Below are positions 13,884 through 26,852 of a stretch of DNA of 64,000 nucleotides, piece after piece. The notes under the pieces are model-generated. The model worked only from the letters and a program-made list of their open reading frames with translations. It was not told the DNA's origin and searched no databases. Source of the DNA: Kondoa subrosea (taxonomy: Eukaryota). Location of the stretch: assembly GCA_039545335.1 (NCBI GenBank), contig BCIN01000008.1, positions 817,528 through 881,527 on the forward strand, read 5' to 3'. The stretch's first letter is position 1, and every line of letters starts with the position of its first letter. Both the position numbers and the translations under genes were made by a program.

Positions 13884-14090
13884 TGGGAGATTCTCTTCTC
13901 CGTGTCAAATAGTTGTAATAAACAGCATTAGCATTCTTAATTCACTGGCCATGCTACCGACGTTGTACAGAAAGAAGTTTCTGTTCTACTCGACTGAGTA
14001 CTCTGCTCTTCTTCCTTGCAACATCGCTTGAAATCCTTTGAATCATTTGCAAACCTCCAAGCGAAGCTCGCACGCGCAAGATTCTTCATC

Positions 14091-15124
14091 ATGCAGTTTT
14101 CTTCACCAGAAGAGGAGCGCAACCATTTGCTCGAAGATAACAAGCGAAGGATATGTAGTATGTGTTACGTGGATGAAGAAGTGACAGGCAGGATTTTCGC
14201 GCGCTGTTCGAAATGCAAAGGTGTGCGACTTGAGCAAAGCTCAATTTTTCTTGGTTAGCCGCTAGATATTGTGTGCGTCGCGTTGCAAAGATCGTTGCCT
14301 CAAAGAAACTGATCTAGATCATCTTCTAAAGCAAGGAACAGTGAGTCAACCTAGCATTATGATGTAAAGACATTGCTTAAGTAAGCGAACTTTCTAGCCA
14401 AATCGCTCATTGGAAGCAGCACAAACTCACCTGTGAGAGCAATGCAGAGCAACAGAAGCTTGCCTTCAATAAAGAACCCATCACCAGCACCATCACAGCA
14501 ACCCAACATGTAGAAATGCTTCGCAAATGGATCATCGCTTATCGAAGCTGTCTTCAAATGGCAGCAACTGAAGCTCTACAATTATACAGCTGGGATATGA
14601 ATCCAGAGCGACTGGAATCAGTTTTCTGTATTCAATTGAAAACAAAACCAAAAGCTTCAGCAGAAAACTATAAAGCAAGTTTCGAAATCAATTTCTTTCA
14701 AATCGTCCCCAAAAGAGATTTGAAATCAACAATGATGACACAAGAACAAATAGATGGTATGCTAACGTCTACGGAAATAGGTCATGTTGGAGTATTGTTC
14801 ACTTTGTTTTTCAGCGAAGAAACGGTTCGGTGTGTACCTTTTCATCTTATGAGTCATCCGAACAAGAAAGAGCATCTATGGCTATGTTTAAGCGCAAAAT
14901 TCAAGATCCACCTCGGAAAGATTGGCAGCGCAGATTATTGGAAGCTGTTGAAGCAGGACAAGGAGCACAGTAAAGATCAAGAAGGGCGTAGTATCATATA
15001 TATCAAACATAGTCAAAGTCTAAGTGACAATCAAGCATGTAATCCGCTCTTCTGTAATTCATCAGCAGTCATTCGATGGAACTTGAGTTTCAAGCAGCTC
15101 GAATTTGAGAGGATTGTCCTCTGA
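14091..15124 (+). CDS. Protein with N-terminal MYND-type zinc finger
   Basis: CSMC...RCSKCK|..RYC|.KEH|QIAHWKQHKLTC, then the long exon of ORF 14516-15124. One splice junction could not be resolved canonically, and the 3' end is uncertain. Confidence 0.7.
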
Positions 15125-15362
15125 ACCCGTAAATCTATAGCATACGCAAGTAGGGCGAAGCGAGATTGAAGGAAAATGCACAAAATCAATACAGACGCTT
15201 GGAACAAGTCTGAAAAGCGAACATGCAAGGAACAGCGATTGATACCAGAGAGGACCAATACAATAGCAGATAACCACATGACAGCCACTTGGAGCAGCAT
15301 ACCTCGAAGATTGGGAATCAAAGACGGTTTGGAACAAGCAACGATCCTTGGAAATAAATGGA

Positions 15363-15935
15363 ATGAGGTGCTTCGCTCGTTCATGGGAGCTACTCAGTCC
15401 ACAGCTCACAGTATAATAGCAGCCTCTTTGGATCTGGATCTGGAGGCGGAGGAAAGAATGCAGCAGCTAGCAGTGCAGCAGCCGATATGGAAGCTCAGAA
15501 TGGTCTGTCCTTCATCTCGCGGCGTGTAATGTTCCAGACTGATGCGGAATTGCGCGAAGATGGAGAATTGAACGAGCTCTATGGCAAAATCAAGTCTATT
15601 CGACAGGCAAGTCTGGACAAGTCATACATCAACCTCGAAGCTGATGCGTGTTTGTCATAACTTGGCAGGTCACTTCGGATATCTACAATGATTCGATATC
15701 ACAGAACCGTATGCTAGATTCTACCGTGTGTTCTTCTTCTCCTTCTCTTCCTCATCTGTCGCGTCTGATATGACGTGTTCAACAGGACTCAGCTTTCGAC
15801 TCGTTCAAGTCATCCTTGTCCAATACGAGTAACCGTTTAAACAACCTCGCACCGAAAGGGTCTAGGAATAGAATTATTCTCTACATTGTTGGTGCATTCG
15901 TTACGCTTTACTTGATTTGGTCATTCTTCCTGTAA
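15363..15935 (+). CDS. BET1: Bet1/Sft1-like Qc-SNARE (start uncertain)
   Basis: Spliced MEAQN|DGELNELYGKIKSIRQ|VTSDIYNDSISQNRMLDST|DSAFDSFKSSLSNTSNRL...IILYIVGAFVTLYLIWSFFL*: a SNARE helix with central Q plus tail anchor. Intron 15607-15668 is GC-AG. Confidence 0.75.
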
Positions 15936-16098
15936 ACCTCATTGTAATATAGCATGGAATTGAGAGTAATAAGAGCTTGGCCACTGGGCTTTCTTGTAGA
16001 CCGGGGTTCGGGTTGCATAACTTGTTGACTCTGTTCGACCGCCTTTCAGAAGATACCTTCCATTCTTTGTATCAAACTTCCCTTTCCTTTAAGACAAG

Positions 16099-17928
16099 AT
16101 GGTGTCTATACAGACGACCAACTTGCTGCATCCAGCAGATCAAGCAGCTTTAAAGAAGAAACCGGTCATTGCACCCAATTTGTCAAGCATGATAGCCTCT
16201 GAGCTCAAGCGCAACTCTACCACTGGCACCGATATTACCCATCCTTCTGATATAGCTGTAGCTCCTACTCAGCTATCGCACAACTCCCTGCAATCACCAC
16301 CAGAAAAAGACGATGCCGTTCCATTCCTAAGTCAAAGATCTTTATCAACACCTACTAGTCCTACTCAAGGTCCACAAGAAGAGGAGCATGGACTTCATGT
16401 ACCTACTTCCCATCACTTGCCTCCCTTGAGATCTGCTTTGAAGAATGGTAGCGGTGGAATTAAATCACGCACGTCTTCGACAAACGAAAGGGAACGTAGC
16501 TCTGAAGGATCTACTCAGCCCTCTAGACCATCATTGGAATTCACTCCACCTTCTAGAAACAATTCAACCAGCAACAACAGTTCTTCTCAATCTGTTCCTA
16601 CTTTATCCAATTTAGTAGAAGAAGAAGGAGAATCAGATTCCCAAACTACCATTCGACATTCTTTAACTTTACCTACTGCATCTTCTTCTCGTCGTGGTTC
16701 TTCTTCCAACGGAACTGGAGGAGCAGGAATAGCAATGTCTAGATCTTCAACCGGTTCAGCTTTACCAAAAGGTTATAAAAGAGGTGTTGCTTTTGATACT
16801 TTTGAAGCTGCTGAAGATTTAAGAACTGGTGGTGGAACTGGAGTGGATTACTCTTTTACTTTGAAAGTTAAAAGTGATGGATATAGACGAAGTAGAGTTT
16901 CAAGGGAATTCTTATTAGCTACTGATGTGAGTCAATAGTTGACTATGAATGATAAAGAACATTACTGATTAGTGGGATTTGGAAACAGTTGAATCAATAT
17001 TCCGTTCATGCTCTAAAATGGTTGTTGGCGAATTTGATTGAAGACGGTGATGAAATTGTTGTGCTCAGAGTAATTGAAGTTGGTTCTTCTGCTCATTCTC
17101 TATGGATGTCAAGTCAAGAAGAAGCAAAAGAAGAAGCACAACAAGTATTGGATGAAATCATGCAACAGCTCACTATAGAAATCAGGCTTTCCATTATTGT
17201 CGAATTCGTTATTGGTAAAGTTCAAGAAACGATTCATAGAATGATCAATATCTATAAACCGGATTCTCTGGTCGTCGGTACCAGAGGTAGATCAGATTCG
17301 TTATTGAGAACAGCTTTTATGGGTTCTACTTCAAAGTATGTCTTCGTTTCCTGCTCTTCAAGCTCTTCTTACAAATTTCGACGTAAAAGGTACTGTTTGT
17401 CTACATCACCAGTTCCAGTTATTGTAGTTCGACCGGAAAGGAAAGTTCAAAAATCAATGGAATCTCGTCGAACCCGATCATCCTATTCTAACATCGTTTC
17501 TTCTACTAATACTACTCCTCGTCCACCATCTTCTTCTTCCAATAATTCTCAAAATACACCTCGATCGATTTCTGCATCCAGTAGACCTTCTCTATCAAGT
17601 AGGAACAGTGAAACTTCAATGACAAGTCCAGAAATCAGTCCTTTACCTTCAACAACGAGTAATTTCATTTCTCAGCAATCGAGTTTAAAATTGTAAGTTC
17701 ACTTCCTTTCCTCTATGTTTGTCTTCTTTTTGCTGTGAAAGGGAACTGAATGGAAATGTGTGGTGTTTCACAGGGATTTGGCTACTTTGACTAAATTTGG
17801 GACGTTTGGGTTGTTGAAACCTAGTGCTACGTCAAAGAAGTTGAAACGATTTGGGACTGCTCCTTCGTGCGTTGTTTCTTTTGTACGGAAAGAGAAAGCT
17901 GATAAGGAATGGTTTGACATATAGGTGA
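16099..17928 (+). CDS. Universal stress protein (USP/adenine nucleotide alpha-hydrolase-like) with Ser-rich extensions
   Basis: FLLATD|LNQYSVHALKWLLANLIEDGDEIVVLRV...YKPDSLVVGTRGRS...MGSTSK|YCLSTSPVPVIVVRP is the USP signature. Confidence 0.88.
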
Positions 17929-18318
17929 TGATGGATTCTCGCGAATCATTGGGCTAATTCATCGAATATGCGTAAAGCTACGATTGGCGCACAAGTAATT
18001 TGTTCGCTCATGAAGTAACTATGTTGAGCTGATGCATTATATGTAGTCTGAGTACGATGCATGCAGCCTCAGTACTGGTTCAATAGGCGATGCAGTGCAG
18101 CGGTGCATTGGTGCTGCAACTTCGACTTTCAGGCTACAACAACTGTTTACAGCATTGTGTACACATTCACTTGTATAACTAGTACCACAAAATGTAACTT
18201 AATAGCTCCATTTCACCATAAGGCGCCTCTCTTTCCGCCGCAATTCTTGAGATCGACTCCCATTTGTGTATTTTTGGTCATTGGTTACTCTCGGACAATC
18301 AAAGTCGCGAAACAAGGG

Positions 18319-19700
18319 ATGACCTCTTTCATCACCACAACCATAAAGAATCAACCGCCGCCCCCTCTGAGCCCATTAGGATTAGCTCGAGTCGTTTTCT
18401 ATATATTGATCGTCTTCTCATATGGCATCTTCGCCAACCTTGTCTTTCTCTGTTCAGCTTTATTACTACCTTTCACACGTGCTGGAGTATATCGAATAAA
18501 CTCATCTGTAGCGTGCGTTTGAAGCTCTCACGTAAAAGTGGGCTCTCCCTCTGAAGGCTGATTGTTGTGTAATAGGAACTGGTTATGGAGTTATATGCAA
18601 TACGTTTTCGAAAGTAGACATAAAGGAGAAATCATCTTCTCTGGAGTTGAATTGCCAATGGAAGAATCGGCTGTAGTTATTAGTAAGCCTCTGCGGATAA
18701 AGTGAATATGTCAGCTAATGGAATGTGGATGTAGGTAATCATGTTTCGTGAGCCATTCGAATGGCATTATCAGTCTCGTACTGATGTTCTATCCCGCGTC
18801 TCACAGATACAGCGATTATTACTTTATTGTGTGTCCTTCTTAATCATCTGTACCTTGTCCACTGATGATCCAGTCTGGATACAGCAAGCGGCAGCCAAAC
18901 GACATGGTATGCTTCCATATCAGCGCTATTTCTGCAAGAAAGAGTTAGAATACCTTTTACCCATCTTTGGTCTAAGTCTTCGAGTGCGTTCCTCACTTTG
19001 CAAGCCCCAATTGGTGTCTAAGCCCGAGAGATAGTTGATGGGCAATATCATGGTCTCGAGGGATTGGACAACAGATAGTCAGGCTGCTGAAAAGGCATTC
19101 AAGAAAATCACTTCTTCTATGCAACCGGTTTGGCTCGTCAGTTACTTGGAAGGTACCCGAGTCTCGAAGAGGAAGATAGAAGAGGTCTGTTTCACTGTCC
19201 TCCCTGGTGCTGTTCGAATTGTGCTGAGATATTACGAGAATAGAGTCAAGCATTTGCAAAGAAGCGCGATTTGCCAATTCTGAATAATCTCTGTTTACCT
19301 CGAACAAAAGGCTTCATAGCAACTATCAAAGGTGTGTATCATGCGGTCACATGCTTCATAGAAAGCTGAGATACCTCGTTGTAACACACAGCTCTCCGAT
19401 CAAGTCATATCAAGCATGTCTACGATTTTACTTTGGCCTACAAAGGCCCAAATGGATTTCAGGATCCTTCTACTCTTCTTGCTATCCATTCCTGTACTGA
19501 ATTGTACAAGTACTACTCATATCGATGTCACATAAAAAGGTGAGTCAAATTCTGGCCAAATCGATCTCTGGTTAAGGTCTGTGTAAAGATATGCGATTGC
19601 GGACCTACCAATCGATGATGCTGAACTAGCCAAATGGGTTGAGAACGTCTTTGTGGAAAAGGATGCAGTTCTTCAGAGCTTCAAGAACGAGGGTCAATAG
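18319..19700 (+). CDS. Lysophospholipid/1-acylglycerol-3-phosphate acyltransferase (PlsC/LCLAT-like)
   Basis: Catalytic NHVS|YSD (HX4D) split over micro-exons, plus YFCKKEL, YLEGTR, LFPRTKGF and VYDFTLAY. N-terminal TM segment. Confidence 0.88.
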
Positions 19701-20107
19701 TTGCGAGAAACAAAATTGGATATTCTTTTGGGTTGTGGATTTGAATATGTCGTTTTGAACTTTGTGAGGCTGTTCTCCTTTCTTGTTGTGTATACCACAC
19801 TTGTGCGTAGTTGCGTTCTTTGTATTTTACGTTTGGTTGGTTATTTCTCTTTGCCTTGTAATTCCGCTGATTTTTGGGGGTCTAGATCCATGATGCTCGA
19901 ATGACTTTACATGCTTGATAATTCGTAGAATGGCTGCAGTCAAGCCTCACCGAAATTCATTTTGTGAACATCTCTCATATTTTAATTTCGGCTGCAGTAC
20001 ATATCTTTCTGCTTTTACTTTTCTTGCTTTCTTTCCTTCTCACCTTCACCTCACAACCTCGCATATCGCTTTCCCTACCTTTATCTCAATTCATCTCGTC
20101 AATAACC

Positions 20108-21329
20108 ATGAAATCATCATTCGTTGCCTTAGCGCTGGCCGCTCTTTCTACTTTCGTCTCTGCCGCACCTCACGTAAAGAGACAGATGCCGAATATCGAT
20201 ACTACCATTCTTCAATACGCTGTAAGTCAAGAGCCCTCTTCATTGGTCAACCAGGCTTATGACTGCGATTCCCTAGTTGACTTTAGAGCACCGTAAGTCA
20301 AAGCGCTCTTCATTGTAGTCTGCGCTCACGTTTACCTCGCCTTGTCATAGTGGAAGATACGTTCTACAGAGATGCATTAGCTAAATTCAGTCAGAAGGAT
20401 TTCACCGATGCTGGACTGGACGAAGCTGTTCGCGGTCGGATTGAAGAAATAGCAGGTCATGAAACTTCGCATGTCGCTTTCTGTATGTCCTCCATCATGC
20501 ATTAGAATCGATCAATGGCTGAATGAACATGATCCAGTGTCGTCTGCGTTGACGGGAGCTGGAGTTGTACCGACCGCTGAATGCGTGTATAATTTCAACT
20601 ACACCGATGTTAGGTCTTTCCTCGCAACAGCTGCCTTGCTCGAAGGTGTTGGTGTTTCGGCATATCTTGGCGCAGCTGGCAAGATAACCGATAGCGATTA
20701 CCTCACTGCGGCTGAAGCAATATTGACTGTAAGTCTTTCAACACCCTTTTACTTGCGCAAACCTGATGTCTATTATTCTCCAAGGTTGAATCACGTCATT
20801 CAGCATATGTTAGATCAGCTGGCAATGGTTTAGATCCATTCCCAGCCGCTTACGACACTCCATTGGATTTCGATCAAGTCTACTCCCTCGCTGCGCAATT
20901 TATCACTCGATGTCCCGATTCTAATCCTACTTTACCTGTCAAAGCCTTCCCTGCGGTCGATGTGGAAGTTCAAGGCAATCCAGTCCCAGGCGGTATGGTC
21001 AAAGTGATACCAAAGGACATGAAGAGTATTGAAGGCAAAGGATCGCTTTATGCTGCTTTTATTGGGTTCAATGATGTTCAGTATGGGTATTGGAATCCAG
21101 AAACCATGGTCAGTCTCCTCCTTCGTTCTCGCTGTACATGCTGAAAATTAAATCCAGGTCGTCACTATTCCTCAGAACGCATCGGGTCAAACGTATGTCG
21201 TTTTGACGACAAGCAAAACTGAAGTTTCGGATGATAGCACGATTGCAGGTAAAGTCGAGGGAATCAAACCTAGCCAGCGTTTATTAATGTGCTTGTTCAG
21301 GTGTTGGTGTTTTCGAAGTGACTGCTTGA
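20108..21329 (+). CDS. Secreted ferritin-like domain protein (Rds1/desiccation-related family)
   Basis: Signal peptide MKSSFVALALAALSTFVSA and a KR site. Motifs DTTILQYA|LTLEH|LEDTFY, IAGHETSHVAF, LEGVGVSAYLGAA and ILT|VESRHSAY. Confidence 0.88.
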
Positions 21330-22458
21330 GGGGTGAATGGGTTGTGTTAGCTAAAGAATGTCGTAAATGTATATTACAAACAATGGGATAATCACTTCAA
21401 TGTAGCTCTTTACTTCAAGTACAAGCTGAAGTACAAGGTGCTCTGTCATTGCAGCGAGATTTTGTGATTGTTTGCTAAAATGTATTATCAGTAACAAATA
21501 TGAGAAAGGTGTATATACACTTACTTTCTGCCTGTGAAACATTTAGTTCTGCTCTCTCTACCAATACGCTTAAGGAAAGCCCATTTCTTTCGCTCGTTGA
21601 CCTCTTGCTGACTTGTAAAGACCCCAATACGATTATAACGATGAAAGAGCACAGTAAAGAGTGCTGCATTCACGATATAAACGTACAGCTGTAACAGAGA
21701 GCCTGAGAACGACCTGTACTGTTGTTCTTGATAACCGTGATGCTCCGTTGGGTTGATGAGCGGACACAGCGTTGATTGAGGCAGTTGTTTCGATGCTCCG
21801 CTTGAATCCAAAATATCCAGCAGGGAGCGGAAGTCGAAGAAAGCTAGCCAGCGAGCGGTCTGCTTCGTAGGGCTCGACATGCCTTTGCGAAGTAATGTAG
21901 ATTATCATTTCGCCTAGATTCTGGGTACCTATAGAGCGTCTCTGCTTGGGCTGATTGGACATGGTATTGATGATTTTGGCCGAGACACTGTTCTGACAGT
22001 TGAAAATGTGTATTTTATCGGAAAGCGACAACCAAACGCTGATCAGTCTCTATTCCTGCATCGATTGAGCGATAGGTGTACTTCGAACAGTCTATCTCTT
22101 TCGCGTTGGAGCGGGATTCGTCCATCCAATGCATCATCGTATTGCAATTTTCTTATTGGCATCCTTTCAATGAAGTTTTTGGGTGACAAGTTACGCAGCA
22201 CATTTTACAAGTCTTGTACTGGATCAACCTGGTTTCAATGGCTTGCCCTTGCCAAGATCGTCAGGTACTTCCTAGAGACAATTTTGGGAGATCCCATTGT
22301 TTTGACTCAGCAAAGCTGTCGTGGGTCAATGTCTTGCAGGAGAAGGCAAGGAGCGAAGGCGCTAGCGTCTGTCTTTTGCAGCACTACTACCACAAGCTAC
22401 TGCAGATCACACCTTCCGTATATCATTTCGATTCGTCTCTTTTTGCGCGTTCTTTGTC

Positions 22459-25400
22459 ATGCGCTTTACACAGCTTCTTGTCTTCGGTGGATCACTGAGC
22501 CTGGTTGTTGCCCTTAATCCTTGCGTTTTGTTAAATACTTGTTCGGGCCAGTGTATTGGTACGTTCGCGTCTAATCCTGTTGAAGCTAAGGCTAAGGAGT
22601 GATCCAGCCAATGGTCAAAATTGTGTCAGCTCCTTCGACTTCATATTGATGAACTATGGGATTGATCCAAGTCCATAGGTCGAATACTCTCCCTGTTGCT
22701 CCGGATACTGCGAAACCTAGTAAGCCTTGGGAAGAGCAATTCTTTCAGGCTAATGTTACTCCTTCAATTCAGCAATGGCAATAAACAAGCCGTTTGTGCT
22801 GACGAACGTCTGTCTATACTGCGCAGACGCTAGATTTTTGAGCTCATGTTCAGCCAGCTTTGACCCCAACACCACCCACTGCAACTTGCTGTGAGTTCCG
22901 TCGCACAATTTCTATTCACATACAGCTAATGCGTAGGTATCAGCACCTCTGCAAGCGGCCTGGTAAACATCTTCTGCATCAAATATTGACGGCACTTAAA
23001 GATTGACTGAACAGTTTTACCAATTCTCAGGGCTGCAACAATTATTGCGCATACGGCAAAATCAGCGGTCAAGGTTATGGTCACTTCTGCGTTGCTTGTC
23101 AAGCTGCTGGTGAAAAGTGGTACGGCTCTCCCAATACTCTCACGCCGCAAATATAACCTATTTATATGCCTGATCAGCTCTTCTGATGGTTCATGTTGCG
23201 GTGGCTCAATTTGCGTCGCCGGTCAATGTGTTGCACAGTGTGTCAACGGCGGTGAGCATGTCTTGGTATCAAAGATTGGGATTCGACAATTAACAAAATA
23301 TCAGGCATCAACTCAGATGGACAGCCTTGCTCTTCTGCCGGGGAATGCTGCTCGGGTTACTGCAATAGAACAGCGAAGACATGCGGTTACCGCGGTAAAC
23401 TTTTTACCAATATAAAGCATCTTATTCCGTCTCATTGTCATGTACTAGGATTTCAAGAAACTTGCACTACATTTGTCGATTGTGAACCAGGGCTTTATTG
23501 TAGTCGCGGCATCCAACCCCCCTCCAATANCTCCCCGCCAATGACATGCCTGCGCACGGAGGGCAGTAAGTGCACATCGAACGGCGACTGCGCGTTCGGA
23601 TACTGTAGCTCAGCAAGAAAGTGTTTGACCCGGCGTGGCTTTCAGCAGCCATGTATTGCTCGTCTCTCCTTATGCTCAACCTGTTCATCTAACGCTCGCA
23701 AGAACAGGTTCAACGTTCGAAGGGTGTCTTGCTGCTTATTCATGCGTTGGTTACGATTCAGGACAACCGGGAACCTGTCTCTCGAGTACGCTAGGCTGTC
23801 TTTTATTCATTGTGTTGTCGCTAATGAGTTCATCTCTGCAGATACCGGACAATCATGCTCGGCAGCAACAGACTGTGCTTCGGGTGGTTGCGTGTCTGGA
23901 ACCTGCGCATCTGCGTGCGATCCTTCACACCCCAGCCAGTGTGGGAGTGGCTATTATTGCGCCACTTCCGCAGCAAGCAGCTATTGCCAACCCCTGTCTA
24001 GTAGGTTCTTAGAACCCCTCACCATCCTGATGATGCTAATATAGGCGACCAGGCAATCTCCAACCGTGTTCAAGTGCTATACAGTGCTCATCGGGAATAT
24101 GCAATTCACTCACCAACAAATGTGTTTCTGGAGCGAAAGGAACTCTATGCAGCGTCGCAGCAGACTGTCAATCAGGTTTGACTTGTGCAAACAACATTTG
24201 TGGTGCTGCTCCAAAGGCAGATGGAGCAGCTTGCTCGTACCGAGGTGTCGATGGAAGCTGCGCATCGGGTTTTTGCAACTCCCAATTGAAATGCGGTTAT
24301 CAGCGTATGTCCTGCCCTTGATTAAACACAACACAGTGGCTTAAAACACAATCAGCACTTGGTGGCGCTTGTTCCTCTACTGCTTACCCGAATGATTGTC
24401 AAAGTCCGAATACATGTACTGGAGGCGTTTGCCAAGCTCCCAAAGGCAATTCATGCACTTCTGCGAATCAATGCGTAGGTTTGACCAGATACCATGCTCC
24501 GTTGGCTTCGAGAAGCTCACCCTCTGATCAAGGTCACCGGGATATGCACCAGTGGTACTTGTTCGACCTGCCAATCGGCAAGTGATTGCTCCGCAACGGA
24601 GGTCTGCAATCCTACTGGTGGCGGATCGGGGTAAGTTCTGTTACTTCACACTTGAGTGCATATCGATTGATGGTCTTGAATTCCCGGCATAGCTGTCTTC
24701 CTGCTCAGTTGACTGCCGGCTCAACCTGTACATTGAGTCAGCAATGTCTATCTGGCCAATGCTCTAGGACGTAGGTGTTGTGTTGTCGCGCCCATTATTG
24801 CTCTAAATCTGTTTCCACCGGCAGCTGTCAAATTAGTTCGCTGTACGGCTCATGCCAATCCGCCAATGATTGTGCCTCGCCGCAATTTTGCTACAAGCCT
24901 AGTGATATACCGGGGTGAGGCTACTTTTCAAAGATGACGCAATGAGACTGAGCCCCATCTAGTCTTTGCCTTCAAGGACAGCTCACGGCTGGCTCTTACT
25001 GCCGTTTGAANGCGCAGTGCTTGTCTGGACAATGCAGCCGCAACGCCAGGTAAGAATCCACATCCANTCNCTTAATCCGTACGATTTAAGGTATTTTCTT
25101 TTCCTTGTAGATGTCTGGCTAGCGCAACCAACGGACCATGTCAATCCGCAAATGACTGCTCTTCCTCCGAAATCTGCCAGTTAGCTGGCGGAGGCTCACT
25201 NGGGTAAAAGCACACATGGATTTTTCGTTGTGACATTTTCTGATGTTCGCGCATAGCTCCTGCCTTCCCGGACAACTTGGTGCTGGACAAGCTTGCACAG
25301 CTTATCAACAATGCCTGTCGGGTCTGTGTAGTAATGGGATGTAAGCCTCGCTGTTTCTCCATCTTTGCACGTTGTGATTGTTTTAATAGATGCCAAGCGA

Positions 25401-26852
25401 GCTCTGTCGACGGTGCTTCCTGCAAGTCGACCAGCGACTGTCCCTCATCTCAGATCTGCAGTGTGAACGGTAGCGGGTCATTGGGGTCAGTCCATCTCTA
25501 TCGATGCCAATGTTTGCTTTCACCTGATAGGCTATGTGTAGCACGTGTCTTCCAGCACAACTCGATAAAGGCGCTTCCTGCAGCTTGAATGCTCAATGCG
25601 TCTCTGGTCAATGTGGTAGTAATGGCCAGTAAGTTGAACGTTTTGTATTCGCACTAGAGCACTCGCAGATCGGTGTCACAAGGTGTTTGGCGAGCGGTGC
25701 CAACACTGCTTGCGTATCTGACGATGGCTGTGATGCGCCGAATGTCTGTGTTATCATGCGAGGAGGTGGCATCTGTTTGGCAGGAAATCTCAACGCCGGC
25801 AGTGCTTGTTCCGGTTATGCGCAGTACGCTGCTCTGTCTAATTTCTATCAGACCATGCTTATGTAGGCGTATTAGATGTCTTTCCAATCAGTGTACATTT
25901 GGCAAGTAAGTATCGCAATGCCTCACTATCNTATGCATCGCCAATCTGTGCTGGACAGATGTCAAGGAAGTGGACCGAACGGNGCTTGCGAATCAACAAG
26001 CGACTGTGTGCCTTACTCAGACCTGGTCTGCGATGCGAACGGCAGCGGATCATTAGGGTATGTGAAACACAACTGCAGTGTGTGACCATCTCAAAGTCAT
26101 TGCACAGTGCCTGTATCAATGCACAACTCACGGCTGGCAGTTCCTGCAAAATATCAGCCCAATGCTTATCTGCTGAATGTCTCGATGGCTCGTAAGTGCT
26201 TGTTATCGTCAAGTCGCCCATGTATATAACATGCCATGGCCGCAGATGTCAAGCAAGCTCAGCAAACGGAGCTTGCTCCCAGTCAAGCGATTGCGCCACG
26301 CCTCAAGTCTGCAATCTAGGTTTCGCATCTATAGGGTATGTTCCCGTAACGTTACTACCTTTGTTGAGGACAGATCTCTGATCTCGGAGTAGAATTTGTG
26401 TTCCCGGTCAACTCAATGCAAATCAAGCATGTCAACTTAACTCACAATGTCTTTCTCAATCATGCAATAGCGGAAGGTGTGTTTCCTAATGCTTGTTCTG
26501 CGACGAATTGGGCTGACGACTACGTTTGGTAGCTGCGCGACGAGCCAGCTAGATGCGGCTTGCGCGAGGACCAGTGACTGCGCTTCACAACTAACATGCA
26601 CGTTGGCGAGTGGGGCATTCATCGGGTAGACTCTCTATCCGCTGTTAATGCGTTTCCTCAGCTCACATGATCTCTAACAGAACATGTGAAGCTGCCCTTC
26701 CTGCTGTTAGTCAAACTGCAGGCCATAACAAGCGCTTTGTCGATGTCAGCGGCTCCTATCGTGCGAGGCAAGCCACAAGAGCTAACATATCGATGAATGA
26801 ACGTCGACGCAAATTCAAGCGAGGGGCAATTTTCGGTACGAATGTGTTTTGA
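22459..26852 (+). CDS. Large secreted cysteine-rich tandem-repeat protein (many short exons)
   Basis: Signal peptide MRFTQLLVFGGSLSLVVA, then successive exons encoding Cys modules such as CQASSANGACSQSSDCATPQVCNLGFASIG and CVPGQLNANQACQLNSQCLSQSCNSG. Basic C-terminal tail ending GAIFGTNVF*. The 5' exon chain is only partly resolved. Confidence 0.8.
24693..26625 (+). repeat. About six alternating A/B Cys-module exon pairs
   Basis: B exons: C-x2-[AG]QL-x-AG-x2-C-x4-QC[LV]S-x2-C. A exons: C-x2-S-x3-G-x-C-x4-DC-x5-C-x(5-9)-G. Flanking introns are phase 2 and do not resemble each other in sequence. Confidence 0.8.

Noticed and set aside
21521..22517. ORFs 21521-21880(-), 21633-22031(-) and 22008-22517(+)
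   Set aside because: No motif and no convincing exon chain. They may be spurious or an orphan gene that I cannot support.
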